Assembly (NCBI GenBank): GCA_964016885.1
Contig: OZ024743.1
Coordinates: 36,890,001-36,954,000, forward strand
DNA length: 64,000 bases
From: Eledone cirrhosa
Taxonomy: Eukaryota
Direction: 5' to 3'
How positions within the stretch are numbered: the first letter of the stretch is position 1; each line of letters starts with the position of its first letter. The notes beneath the pieces are model-generated. The model made no database searches and was not told where the DNA came from. It saw only the letters and a program-made list of their open reading frames with translations. This document shows, one piece after another, positions 27,541 through 41,699 of this stretch. Both the position numbers and the translations under genes were made by a program.

Positions 27541-28319
27541 AAAAAGAGAAGAGAATCAGTGACTGATACGCTAAATGATTAACTTGTTTCCAAAAAAAAA
27601 CAGCAATACTTTGTGTCTTAAATAGAAGTCATGGGGAATGAAATTTTTGCTGAGAATAGCATGTGGCTGAGTGATTAGAGAATTGGATTCACAATCGTGG
27701 AGTTGTGAGTTCGATTCCTGGACCGGGCGATGCGTTATGTCCTTGAGCACGACACTTTATTTCACGTTGTTCCTTCTACCTGGAGTTGCGACCGATAGAT
27801 AGTACTAGCAATTGGAGAGACCAATGGAAACATTGTTTCCTCGGTCCGATTTGACGAAAGTCGATCGACTGTCGATAGCTAGCGAAGTATACAAATCTTA
27901 CTGACATGGATCCAGGAAGAATTAGGGAAATTCTTCAAAGACATACAATTTCCACCGGTTTTTATAACACACTGTCACGTGACTGAACTTTTCTAGAACA
28001 TTTTAAGATAAAAGAAATAGGTGTATTAGTCATAATACACCTATTTCTATGTAAGTTGGCAGGTGTATTAAATGAATGGTGACGATCAAGGATACCAATA
28101 TATCTTTCACTGAGAGAAGACGTTCAGTGAACATGGCTAATCCACTTGTTTAGTGTATATGAAACACAAAAACAAACACTCTCCTTATATCTTAACTATA
28201 ATAATATAATGAGATAAATATTTAAAACTAAATTTAACTCCACATACAACTTCTTAACATCTGAAAGTTCTTGAAGCCTAACTAGGAATGGCATATATTT
28301 CTCCTTCTTGTAGAAGTAC

Positions 28320-28480
28320 AGGCGTGGTTGTGTGATTAAGGAGTTCGCCTTGCAGCCACGCATTTTAGTGCTCAGTACCCAAGTGGAGCACCTTGGATAA
28401 ATGTCTTCTGCTATAACCACAGTTTGACAAATGCATTATAAGTGGAAGTTCGTAGGCGGAAACTGTGAAAAGTCGTCATA
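28320..28480 (+). mobile_element. Old SINE of a third family (degenerate minus-strand copy at ~51060-51195)
   Basis: GGCGTGGTTGTGTGATTAAG..CACCTTGGATAAATGTCTTCTGCTATA..GGAAACTG. Confidence 0.55.
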
Positions 28481-30654
28481 CGTATATATGTATGCGCATG
28501 TGTATGTGTGTTTATGTTTCTGATTATCTCGTAAAGTAGCGGTTCGACAAACACGTTCAATAACATAAATACTAGGGTCTATATGATCAACTATATCAAG
28601 GCAGAACCCCAGCATGGCCGCAGTCTAATGACTGAAATCAATAAAAGTGTAAAAGAGTAAAAGACACTGTAGTTTGGTTAGGTTATACGTTACATTTCTA
28701 GGGGAAGAAAAAGAAAGATTTCTTATATTAGCGCATGACGTCAGATTTTATTTAAAGCATTTACATCTTTGTATTAACAGTTAGATTGAGGGCGGTGGAT
28801 TGGCAGTATCGGTAGAGGGTAGGACGCCATGCTTTACAGCATAGAGTTATGGCCCTTTACGGTCTGAGTTCAAATCCCGCCGAGGTTAACTTTGCCTTTC
28901 ATCCTTACGAGGTCGATAAAATAAAATACCAGTCACGCACTTGTTGCTGTTGTTGTTGTTACAACTCACAGCTCTGCAGGTTTAGCTGGCCTTCTCCAAG
29001 GTATATCTAGTTGGAGGTGTCTTGGGTGATTTAATGATAGTCATAATGTATCTAGGATCACACTAGCCAATATGCAATCAATTGAGGGGGATTTTGCCAA
29101 TGTTTCCAACATTCCTCGTTATTTCAGCGAAAGTTGAATAAATATAAAACATAAGGGAGATAAATCTATACATATATATTAGGTCTGAATATAATTGTTT
29201 CTACTTTTGGCACAAGGCCAGCAATTATGTCAGTAGATTACTGGTACTTTATTTTATCGACCCCGTAAAGATGATTCTGAATATAATGGAATAAAATTCC
29301 CATTGTCACTGCATCTGTCTCCCTTGCTCCCCCGATCTCTCACTATTATAAATAAATTGAGGTCCACGCGCTGAAAACTCACAGCGGACAGAATAGAGAG
29401 GGAGGTAACTCTTAGGAATTGCTAAGGGAAATAACTCCCAGTTGCTTATATTATTTAAATACCCAGTTATACTCCTTTATTCAAGCAAAAAATAGTGTTT
29501 GGTTGTTGCTGCTGCTGTTGTTGTTGTTGTTTGTTTGTTTGTCTTGTTGTTGTTTTTTTTGTTGAATCGCCAGTTTGAAGTGTACCTAGGAAGTGTACAG
29601 AGATGAGACGATGTCACGCTCACGGATTTTCAAATGGAAGCAAAAGTTCGAAGATGGACGCTAGGATATGGAAGACGACCCCCAGGAGCGGACGGCCTGT
29701 AACGAAAGTAGTTATTTGGATGTAGCGATGTTGTGATGATTGGTTCAATTGTCGCTTGTGGATTAGTTAATAGTGTGGTCACGTTGTCTAGCGTGAGGGC
29801 GAAACAATATGGATGTGCCTCTGTGTGTGTGTCCAGAGATTGCGGATATGTAAGTGAGCTAGTGTTCATTATGATGGTGATGCTGTGATGATTCAATGGG
29901 TAAGTGATTTACCCTGATCACATAGGTAATGAAATAAAAAAGAAATCGCTTCTGAAATATATTTATTAATTCAATAACCTAGGGCGGTGGATTGGCAGCA
30001 TCGGGAGAGGGTCTGACGCCATGCTTTGTAGCATAGAGTTACGGCTCTTTATGATCTGAGTTCAAATCCCACCGAGGTTCACTTTGCCTTTCATACTTAC
30101 GGGGTCGATAAAAGAAAGTACCAGTCACACACTGGGATCGATTTAATCGACTTTCCCCTCCCCCAAAATTGCTGGCCTTATACAATACAAGAAAACAAGC
30201 TCCAGCAAGATTTTAAACGATTAAGTTAAAATATTTAGAATAAGAATGACAAAAGGAACTGTGTAAAGCATTGTTTCCCAAAGTGGGCGGTGCTTTGATA
30301 TCGGGGGGGGGGGGGGGGCGGGGGCGGCGACACTGTAGTATTAAACAATTAAATTTTAAACAATAAATAGCTTGTTTTTTTTCTTTTTTTTACAAATATA
30401 TTGCATATGTTTATTAAGCATTTATATAGACATCTATAATAAAGACATAGACATCTATAATAAAGACATATAGACATCTATAATAAAGACATCTATGAGA
30501 TTGTGTAGATTCTACACAATCTCATAGATGTCTTTATTCTTATTGGCAAATTCACATCTGTGTTACTAATGATAAACTAACATCATCACCATCATTGTTT
30601 AATGTCTACTTTCTCTACTAGTAAGGTTTGGATGTGTCCATCACAAACTGATGG

Positions 30655-31010
30655 TGGTAGTAGTATTCGTCTATGTCAAATTGTATAAACTTAGATTTTT
30701 TCTTGTTCTTAACGTTATTAAACCAGCGAATTGCTTCGCTAGTGTTGACCCATAATTTAATTTCTATTTCCTTTTCAATTGAGTTATTACTCTGTCAAGC
30801 ATATGTTTGCTAATTTTTCCTATGTCCTATTTAGAAGGGCATATAAGTCTAATCTTAGGGTTAGAGTCAAAATTTACCTTATGGTCCTTCAGGTTAAAGG
30901 TGGGGGTTGCGGGTATAATCGGCTCGGTTCTATCGTCTATCTTGAGATTCTTCACCACCTTGTATGCCTCGTTGTTAATATTTGCTAGCGTAGTTTCATT
31001 TGTTTTTCTT
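30655..31010 (-). mobile_element. Penelope-clade PLE RT N-terminal fragment
   Basis: Hand translation: NINNEAYKVVKNLKIDDR..FNLKDHKVNFDSNPKIRLICPSK*DIGKISKHMLD..WVNTSEAIRWF..FIQFDIDEYY. Confidence 0.8.
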
Positions 31011-31626
31011 TAAATCCCAAAATAAATTACTAAATGATAGAATCGAACGATCATTATACTGCAACCACAAACCGAAGGCTAAATTCTCTCACTATAGAAT
31101 AACTTAACATTCGAACCCGTAACTATAACATTGCTTTCTAGCTAACCACTTTCTTTTCCCCCACACTACAAGACAATACCCTGCTTATCACTATAAATAG
31201 AAACTTGGTGCAATTTGTAGCCTACAACTATGAACTCAATGTACACCCATCCCATAGCTTTCATCTGTCCCCTCTCTATCTCTCCCTCTCTCTCCATCCC
31301 CCCTCTCTCTCTCTATCGCCCTCGGTCCACCTCCCCCCCTCTCTACATCTATGAACCTGTCCTCTGTGGCAATAAATAATTCCAACCTTAACTATCAACG
31401 CATCGCTTAAGGTTGTCGCTTTAAGAGTAACCAGTATAATAAAACCCCTACCACAACATTTTGATTAAGATATCTGGTTTACAAACCACTCTCTCCCATT
31501 TCTCCAACCCCAGCATATCTCTCTCTCTCTCTCCTCTTCTTTTCTCTCTTCTTTTTCCACTCTATCTTCCCCAATAATCTCACTTAAGGGTATTTACATT
31601 TTACATTTTACATTTTACATTTTAAC

Positions 31627-31749
31627 CATACTGCTCTGATGATACAGTGGTCACAGCATTTGATAATTGAGTTTTGCAAATAGTTATAAATTTGCACATA
31701 GCATAACTAGGCTGTATAACCACCGTGGAAACATTTGTAAGCACACGGA
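31627..31749 (+). ncRNA. Type I minimal hammerhead ribozyme motif in a PLE pseudo-LTR-like segment (~31050-31865)
   Basis: UGCU-CUGAUGA(31636-31642)-UACAGUGGU.CACAGC...GCUGU..ACCACCGUG-GAAAC(31728-31732)-AUUU-GUA^-AGCA, followed by AATAAA and later (TA)n. Confidence 0.75.
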
Positions 31750-31863
31750 ATAAATTACCTTTTTATGATGTCTACCTGTTATTATTCATTCCACTCTACT
31801 ACCCTAAATATTGAGTACTCTGGTGCGCTATGGTCCACCTGGTCCCTTACCACACATCCTTCG

Positions 31864-31911
<48 letters not shown>

Positions 31912-32502
31912 CCAACTAATTTCTCTTCTTGCAGTTGCCACTAACCTTTAATACAAAGACCTCCAACAGAATCTTCTGTTGCCAGATAACATTTATCTAG
32001 AGATCTGACATCTGTACAGTACACCACAGCACACATACATACATCTTATATAGTATGGTAGGAGAGGTGTAGTGGGAGGGTAGGATTGTGATGGTAGTGG
32101 GAGGGTAGGAAATAGTAGCCAACTGCATAGAAAATTGGATTGGTTGCAATCAGTAAATGATACTGACGAGGAAACCGATGATGATGATGACTATGATGAT
32201 GACGAGGATGATGATGATGACGATGATGATGTTGACGATGATGATGATGATGATGATGATGATTAGGTGGATGGGTGACAGGAGGACAGAGAAGAGGTTT
32301 GAAATGACGATAACGATGAGAATTATGAGTGAATGCACTGGTAGTTATGGTGATGATGATGGTGATGATGATGGTGATGATGATGATGATGATGATGATA
32401 ATGCGAAGAAGAAGAAGGAGGAGGAGGATATCGATATCGACCACTATGAGGATTCCTGATTTAAGTTAAACGATTTTTGCCACAGAATTTAACCGCAAAA
32501 TA

Positions 32503-32785
32503 CTCTCGGGTCTCAAATAATACCCCCACCCCACCAGCGAAATTTGATTGTAAATGGTAACATTCCTGTGCTAATTAATTTTCTTTATACATTAAAAAAA
32601 AAACATTATACAAAAAGAGTAGATTACTAGAAATTTCAAACGTTGTAAAATAAATACGCTGGATTGAGGGGGGGGGGGGGGGTCTCAATATGTAAACTAA
32701 ACGACTATTTTGGGGTTTTTTAAAAATTGACGGAAACAACCTAGAAAATACTGATTTATCACCCCGCTTATTTGGAGCCCGATAG
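32503..32785. mobile_element. Tc1/mariner-type MITE
   Basis: Imperfect TIRs CTCTCGGGTCTCAAATAA / TTATTTGGAGCCCGATAG with flanking TA. Confidence 0.6.
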
Positions 32786-34137
32786 TAGTTATAAATTCAA
32801 GGTAGGTAATTCCGACTAACTTAAATTTTAGTCATCAATGATTAACTTCCATTGGCAGTATCGGTAGAGAGTCTGAAGCACTGCTTTGCAGCAAAGAGTT
32901 ACGTCCCTTTATGGTCTGAGTTCAAATCCCGCCGAGGTTAATTTTGCCTTTCATCCTTATGGGGTCGATAAAATAAAGTACCAGTAATACACTGGGATAA
33001 TTGCTGGCCTTGTGCCAAAAGTAGAAACAATTATAATATTTCTCATGAATGACACCGCCAAAGTTATTCAAATAACATTATTTGTGGATTGGCAGTATCG
33101 GTTGAGAGTCGGACGCCATGATTTGCAGCATAGAGTTACGGCCCTTACGATCTGAGTTCAAATCCCGCCGAGGTTAACTTTGCCTTTTATCCTTACGGGG
33201 TCGATAAAATAAAGTACCAATCACGCACTTGGGTCGATTTAATCGACTTTCCAAAAATTGCTGGCCTTGTGCCTATATAAGAAACCATTATTTGAATAAC
33301 TTTGGCGGTATCATTCATGAGAAATATTATATATATAACCTTTAATACAAAGACCTCCAACAGAATGTTTTAAATAATCAAGTATTTAGAGGGATTTAGT
33401 AATATCTCTAACCTTCTCCAAACAGATGTTTCGAATATCACTAAACAAAGGTTCTTACATAAAATTATGATGCAAAGGTATTTAGATAAATATAAACAAG
33501 TCTATATTAAAGAACTGGAGGTGGTTTGGTATCAAAACAGCTAAACTATTTAATAAGATTATTACCATCATCCTTATCATATGTTGTTTCCTATATATAT
33601 TATGAACAAGATTTGTCTGAATTATAGAATATATTTTGTTATTTATATTGCGTCTCCTTCTCATTAATACTTAATTTTAATTTTTAAATTTGAATTAATA
33701 ATCAATTTTCTGGGTCTTCTTTTACCACATTTCCGTATATTTTTATATAAAAATAATGGTTTCTTATATAGGCACAAGGCCAGCAATTTTGGGGGGAGGG
33801 AAAAGTCGATTAAATCGACTCCAGTGCGTGACTGGTACTTTATTTTATCGACCCGGTAAGGATGAAAGGTAAAGTTAACCTCGGCGGGATTTGAACTCAG
33901 ATCATAAAGGGCCGTAACTCTATGCTACAAAGCATGTTGTCCGACTCCCTACCGATTCTGCCAATCCACCGCCTTTATATAGAAATAATATATTATGTTA
34001 ATGTACTGATCGAAAAATGCCCCATCCTCACCCCACCAAAATATCAACAAGGCTATTTTTACCTATATCAGTTGTTAAATATTGCCGCAGTTATGTCCCT
34101 TCAACGTGGAAATTTGTTTCTAATTCTATTGAATATA

Positions 34138-34483
34138 CAGTGTATCCTCGGCATTCGTGGTCCCGACATTCGCGGTCCCGTCATTCGCGGTCCCGGTTGT
34201 TTGTGGAATTTTCCTTAGAACCTAACTAATAATTTTTCGTGGAAACCACCGCATATTCGCGGAATCGTAAATATCTTCCGCGATTTTGTATGGTGTTTTC
34301 GTGCCAATATATATTTTTGACGCTAAATTATTAATAACAACATATCGTATTTGCCGGCTTATATTTTACGTTATATTTTGACGTTTATAGGCATTTTTTA
34401 TGGACCACGTCCAATATTCGCGGTTTTTCACTCTTCATGGTTGCTCTAGGAACGTAATCTCCGCGAATACCGAGGAACAACTG
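34138..34483. mobile_element. pogo/Tigger-type MITE
   Basis: TA|CAGTGTATCCTCGGCATTCGTGG ... CCGCGAATACCGAGGAACAACTG|TA with subterminal ATTCGCGG repeats. Confidence 0.8.
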
Positions 34484-35165
34484 TATTCTTCTATAAACAG
34501 TAAAATAATTCTTTCTTAGCCACGGGTGCTAAATTTAATCTATTGGGAGGTAGACTTAATCCATTATGTTCTTTTTAAAGCTGGCAATTAATTGACAGTC
34601 ATTAGGAAATCTCATCAGGCTCAATGCGTTCTGAGTTCAAGTCCCACCTTCTTCTCTTAAGAGTTTTGGTTGGCAGATAATATCAGTAATGGAAAGACCA
34701 ATGAAAATATTGTTTCCTTAGTCTGATCCAATTTGAGGAGCAGCTTATTTTCTTTCTTTTTATATTAATCACACGAAATTACATACTTACTCACAGAATG
34801 AATCTTACCTTCAAGTCTGTAAAATACTATTTGTATAATGCATAGTATTTTGTTGTTAGGTTTGTACTTGACAATAGAAATCATTAGCTGCTCTGAAGAA
34901 GCATCTCAGGACTTATATGTATGACAGTGAAGGGAGCTTCACTTTACACTTGATAATGAGATAGCTATCAACTGATAAGATAAAACAATCATCATTACAA
35001 ACAGTCTGTCTACCATAAATGTTATATTAATGATGTTTCAGCATAAATACTTTAATTATGATATTGTTTCATTGCTTAATCAAGATTAATTAAAACTTGT
35101 GATATATACTGTATAATCTGTTGTATATATTCTGAACTATATGGTTTATCTTCTGTATAATGGCG

Positions 35166-35282
<117 letters not shown>

Positions 35283-35699
35283 CAGACAGACTTGTGTATT
35301 ATATCCTACATGAATTTTTGAAATTGTGGTTTACTAAGATGACTTGTCATATGCCTACTGTCCAATATGACCTATCCTGTGTTTAATAACCTGTCCTATA
35401 TATATTACTGACTTATATGTCCTGTCTGGTAGGAGAAAGAATAATATTACACTGCATTCTTTAAAACCTCCATGCTTCCTGAGATTCGCCAACACTACAC
35501 CTAATATTCCCCCCTCCATACACACGCACGCATGTATATCATGGCTCATACACTATTCACTTCCCTGACATTTGTATATTATTCTATGTACTATACATGC
35601 ACCTTTGATGAATTGTAGTGCACCTGTGCACTGTACACAATAATGTCATTATTATTGTTCTTTGAGTCTCAATCATTGATGTTAGTTAACTGGAAAGTT

Positions 35700-36160
35700 T
35701 GTTGAAATGATTATCAAGCCACTACCTGCAGCCTCAGATATTCAGGGCGTATCGGGGGGTTGTTGCTGTTCCCAGCAAGCATGCCTTTTGAAGCGTTCCA
35801 AAAAGCGGGACGGGGCCAATTTTCTTTAACCATCCCTAGAAACCTTTTGAGATAGTACCTAGTGCGCCTATGACAATCGGGACCACTTTGACTTTATGGC
35901 AGTTCCAAATCCTTTTTACCTCCCACTTTAAGTCCTGGTATCGGTTAATTTTCTCCCTCTCCTTCTCTCGAACTCTCGTGTCGAATGGGCAGGCCACATC
36001 CACAATCAGGCACGATCTTTTTTCCTTGTCCAAAACCACCAGGTCAGGTCTATTGTGTTCCAGTTTCTTGTCCGTCTGTATCCTAAAATCCCACAGCACC
36101 TTCACCTGATCGTTTTCTATCACCGACTCTGGCTTATGCTCATACCACTTCTCAGAATGT
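35700..36160 (-). mobile_element. R4/Dong-like LINE 3' fragment (RLE domain)
   Basis: WYEHKPESVIENDQVKVLWDFRIQTD..HNRPDLVV..IVDVACPFD..EKINRYQDL..VVPIVIGALG; next to (TTA)n. Confidence 0.88.
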
Positions 36161-37295
36161 GGTGTATTATTATTATTATTATTATTATATTACAGAACTA
36201 TCTGGTGGTAGTCTAATGAAGTAGTCTAATGACTGAAACTATCCCAAACACTGTTTTCTTATATATACTGCCATATATGATTGTTCATATGTGTTACTGG
36301 CCTGTATGATTTGTCTTATATATACTGTGCCCATATGATTAATACTTACCAGTATAACTTACCTGATGTATAACTTACTTGATGTATAACTTACCTGTCT
36401 GACACATTGGAATTATTTGTTCTTCTTTAATTATTTAACTTTTGCTGTTTTCATCTATTCTTCCATTCTAGCTCGTATCCAATGGTTTACTTATTGGAGG
36501 AATTATTTTTACAGTTGAATGCTACCAAACTTATTCGTTTATGCATTTTAACCACCGTCTAATGTATTTTATTCTTTTAAAACAACCTCTTAAGATTTTT
36601 ATATTTTGAACATCAGAAAATGAGAATTTGCAAACATTTTCTTTAAACTTTACATTAAAAAAATATATATAATTAATTTTTTTAATCAGAAACTGATTCC
36701 CATTGTTTTGATTTGTGTGTAAATATATTTTGTTTGCATTTGAAATTTATAAGTATATTTTGTCTGTATTTGTAAGTATATAGTTTCATCCTTAATAAAT
36801 TGAAACTGAAAACAAACAAAACTTTCAATTTTCACCAAGGGAAACAACTAATGCAAACAAAATACATTCATACATTTCAAAGGCAAATGAAATATTTTAA
36901 CATACAAAAAAAAAAAAAAAAAAGTATTGCAGCAATAAATCCCATAACCCTAATCAGTTTAAAAAGTAAAATATTTTTTTTTTAAATTCCAATTTCTGAA
37001 TCGATGTTCAAAACATAAAAATGTATGTATGGGTAGAAGTAATGTTTATGAAATCCATGCTTACACAGATAAATGCCAGTAACACTTCTTAGTGTTAATC
37101 ACTTAGTAGTTCAGCTTGTAATCTTCAAGTAAAGAGTAGGGGTTGTATTTGTTTTGAGCTGGGACAAATGACACAAAGTATTCTAGCTGACACTATAATG
37201 AATCTGTCATTGTGTTGATGTAAAAAAAAAAAATAGGAATGACATTTCTAGTCTTGAAGAACTTACTATTAACTGATCAATTCTTTCTCCTTTAA

Positions 37296-37505
37296 CTCTT
37301 TAGCATTTAAACCGGCCTTATCCGGCCAGAATTATCTCACCTCTTTCAGTTTAAACCGCCCATAACTGGCTACTCATACTGATGTTATGGCATTGTTCTC
37401 AAAATAAATAATATCAATATCTCATAGTTTTGATATTATGTGAGATAATTATGTGAGGTAAAGCCTTTACAATAATAAATATAGAGTAATGTAAATGCTA
37501 AAGGG
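37296..37505 (+). mobile_element. piggyBac-type MITE
   Basis: TTAA|CTCTTTAGCATTTA...TAAATGCTAAAGGG|TTAA. Confidence 0.75.
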
Positions 37506-40500
37506 TTAATGTTAGGACTGATTAAATTGAAACTCATATTAACATTTTTAATACCAAACCACTCTTAGTTCTGTGATGCATAAATGTTTACTTTAAAGTG
37601 TATATATTTATCTAAAACCTTCTATTATAATTTATATAAGAACCTTTATGTTCTAAATATATGTTAACAATCATGAGAAAATTAGTTATATCACTAAATT
37701 CCTCTAAATTCTTGATTATTTTCAAAATTATTTCAAAATCATAGGCAGTGTGTTTCATTAGAAATATGGTAATGATAAGGTTAAACATATTCTTATATTG
37801 ATGCTATGCTTTAAAATTAACAATCTAAACATATTTAGTTTTAGAACTTAGAATATAAGAATCTTTGCAACCTACAATGTATTGATGCAAAACTGGTAAC
37901 CCCAGAATTCAGAATTTAAACACTAGATATTGAAATATTTTGAATTATAAACTTTGAAATTTTGTTTTCCAAACATCTTAAACATTTCATTACTATATTT
38001 TTGAAGAAATCTAGTGTCTACTATTTTCAAATAATTTTGAAAATAATCATAAATTTAGATTTAGTAATATAACTAACTTTTTATTTATTAAACTGGTGTG
38101 TGGTATATAACTTAAGATTTCTTGCATAAAATTATAATAGAATTCTTTTTCTTTTTTTTTTTAGATAAAAATGTTCCTTGACTGAGCGATGCATTATGTC
38201 CTTGAGCAAGACACTTTATTTCATGTTACTTCTGCCAGGAGTTGCAACTGGTAGATAGCATCAGCAATGGATTTGATGAGTTCGACCCCACTCAGTAAGT
38301 GAATGAGGTCTGGGACCTTGACGATTGATTTTCCTTTTCCTATAATAGAACCAAGGGCTGTTTGGTATCAAAAGAGTTAAAGACATCTCAATGATCAACA
38401 TTTTGATTTCAAGAGATTTAGTGTTGCAATAAATAATACAGATATTATTATGTAGCCACATAAGCGTATTTTCTGATTTGTTTTGTTTTTTGGCGGGGTT
38501 AGAGGTGATATGATAATAGTCAATTAACCTCAGTATTTATTTTATATAGTAAATCTTGAGATGGAAGCCAAATTCATCTTTCTCATGATAAGTACTGCTT
38601 GTGATTTTCAAATAATTTTTATAATTATCAAGAATCTGGTGGGATTTAATAATATAACAAACTCTCTTATTTATCAAGTGTTTGGAGTGTAACTTAAAGG
38701 TTCTTACATAAATTATGATGGAATGTTTTTAGATAAACTTAAAACACTTCAAAAATAACAGTTTTATATCCTAAAATTAAAGGCAGTTTCAGATAGTTTG
38801 GAATCAAAAGTGTTAAAGTCCTCATCATGAACTTGAATTCCTTCTTTTTATACTCATTCATATTGCTAAACATCTACTAAGTATTTGGTATTTTGTATCC
38901 GAGTATGAGAGTATCTTCTTTCTGAATATTGAGAGTCCTTCACTTCTGAGTATTGTAGTGTTTAGTTTCTAATATAGTATATTTGGTTTTTATTATTAGA
39001 GTACAATATTTATGAATATCTTGCTTTGGAGTATTACACTGTTTTGTTTCTAAGCAGTGATGCAGCTTGCAAGACATTCCATAGTAATTTCATGTAAGAA
39101 CCTTTACTAAATTATATTCCAAACACCAGTTTAATACTTTGTTATATTCAAAATTATTTGAAAATCATAGGTAATGTTTTTCATTAGAAAGATGGTTAAA
39201 AATACTGAGTGGCCCATTTCTAGATATTGTATATATATATATGTTCCCCATGTAGTGGACACATTTCCCCATGTGGTGGATATATTGCTTCTGAGTATTG
39301 AGTCAATTTAAATTTTGGAACAGTTTGTTTCAAGATCCAAATGTTAAAATGGAGGTAGTGAATATTAAATCTACTTGTATTAAGATTCTACTTCTTGGCT
39401 TGAAGAGACAAAGTTTTTAATATTTGAACTTTTAAACTTTGAGACTACGTTTTGTGTGACTATTTTTTTTTTCCAAGCTGTACTGGTTTGGCAAGTGACT
39501 TGATTTAAGACCGTGTCTTGAAACTGAAGAAATGAGTCATTTTAGCCATTCAAAACAGATGCAAAACCTATTAAATTCACATTACATTTATCTTCTTTTT
39601 TTGTGATGTCAAAATTTTCATTGCATTCTTTGTAAATTAATCTCTGACTCAGTTCCATTGCAACTCTTGGAACTGAATCAGTTACCAGATTAAAAAGAAT
39701 ATGATGAGAATTTTGACACCACAAAATGAAAGATAAATCTATAATGAATTTAGCAATTTTTGGTGTGTTTTTTGAATGGTTAAAATTACTTTCACATGAT
39801 ATAATTCATTTTTCAAGCTGAAATCCTGTAGGGAAAATCTGTATCTAGAAAATTACACATGTTTAAGCCAGTGTCAAAACAGTTTTTGTTTAAACTCTTT
39901 AAACTGAAACTTAACATATTTTCTCTCTCTTTAATCTTCCTGATTTCATTTGTATTGCAACAATATGTTGACAAGGGAGCTTCTATGCAGTTTCTTGACA
40001 TGCTAGGAATATCAGCCAAATTTCCCTCAATTCCCAGTATATGGTTTTAAGAAAAGAAAAAGAGACATTCAATAACATAGTCTGAAATACCCTCTACAAA
40101 ATGGGATGGTCATTGATGGAATGTTTTTAATTATATTTCTCTCCAATTAGGACTGACCTGGAGCTAAACAATGTAGATATTGCATAACTGACTCAGGTTT
40201 CATTAGCTTGCAGTGATAGGTTCAAATACTTCCATGAACCAAAAGAAGTTAATGAGAAATGAACTCCAACTTGAATCTCTGTATGAACTGAAAACTGCAG
40301 TGATGGCTCAATAACTGATGTTCTAAAATTACTTAGCTATGAAGAAAGAGTGCTCATGACATTTTTCAGGGGCCTCCAATACTGGTGGAAGGAAGGGAGG
40401 GAAGAAGATATCCTCAAACCAGAGACCTGGCTTAAATGCGTGCAACAGAATGAACTCTGCTAAAGGCATCCAAAGGCCAGGTGGAGGTGTTAAACTAGTT

Positions 40501-41699
40501 AGCCAATTAAGTCTATCCTTGAAGCAGACCATAATGGAATTTAAACTCAAAATTCTAAGATTTGAAACAAATACTGCAAGGTACCTTGTTCAATGCTTTA
40601 ACGACTCCACCTATTTACTATGTTAGACAGGTACTATATTTATGAACCCTGGAAGGATGAAAGGTAAAGTTGACTTCAGTGGGATTTGAACTCAGAATGC
40701 AAGTAGGTGGAATAAATACTGCTATTAATAATTTCAGATAAAAAGAATAAAAATGCAATTTCACATCATTGCTGAAATATAAACATCCCTGTAGTCATTT
40801 GACCAGCTAGAAATAGCAACCAAATTTCCTTAAATGGCTGGAAAGCTTTTGATCTTAAGTCTGTTCAATCAGGAATGACTTAAAGCTAAACATCAACAAT
40901 ATATACACACTCATCTAAATACTAAGTAATAATTGTTTCTACGTTTGACACAAGGCCAGCAATTATCCCAGTGCATTACTAGTACTTTATTTTATTGACC
41001 CCGTAAGGATGAAAGGCAAAGTTGACTTCAGATCAGAAAGGGGTGTAACTCTGTGCTGCAAAGCATGTTGTCTGACCCTCTACCGATACTGCCAAACCAC
41101 CACATACTAAGTAATAATGATATGTATGCTTATGTATGATCATCTAATTCTTTTTGTAGAGGAAGGATAACCGAGTGGATAAAGTATTAGTTTAACTGCC
41201 CTCAGATGCTGAATTCTAATCTTCTGAAGGCACTTTGTTTTATTTCTGGGCAGAATATTTTTCCTGACATAATCTCTGGTAAATTAGCTCTCAAAAAGTA
41301 TAGGTACCAGGTCATCTTAAAAAAGTTACCTTTGATAATACTCTGTTATTTTATGGGTGGAAGATACATTTTTTTCTCATCTACTTAACACCAAGTAACT
41401 ACTGATAATTACTAGCCCTTAAAACCCCCTCAGGAATAAGAAAACATTGTTAGTATCATTATTTTTCCTAATCCATTTGGTCATGCTATCTTTGTGTTGA
41501 AAGGTATAGTGGTTATAAAGGAGAGTGGTACAGTTATGAGGATATAATCAAGTGATGGGGAAAATAGTGAAAATGGTTAAAATATACCTTGTAGCTGAGA
41601 GTTTCAATTGTTGTGTCACAATGATATTTGGTTAGTACAACTGTTTGAATTTAACTAATGTTTTTTATATGTACCTCATTTAAGCTAACAATCTCTACA

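Noticed and set aside
27660-27730. Possible tRNA genes (A/B boxes) here and at other SINE heads
   Set aside because: They run into SINE core and tail sequence and lack a proper acceptor stem.
32046-32459. His-, Met- and Asp-rich ORFs
   Set aside because: Translations of a (GAT)n microsatellite.
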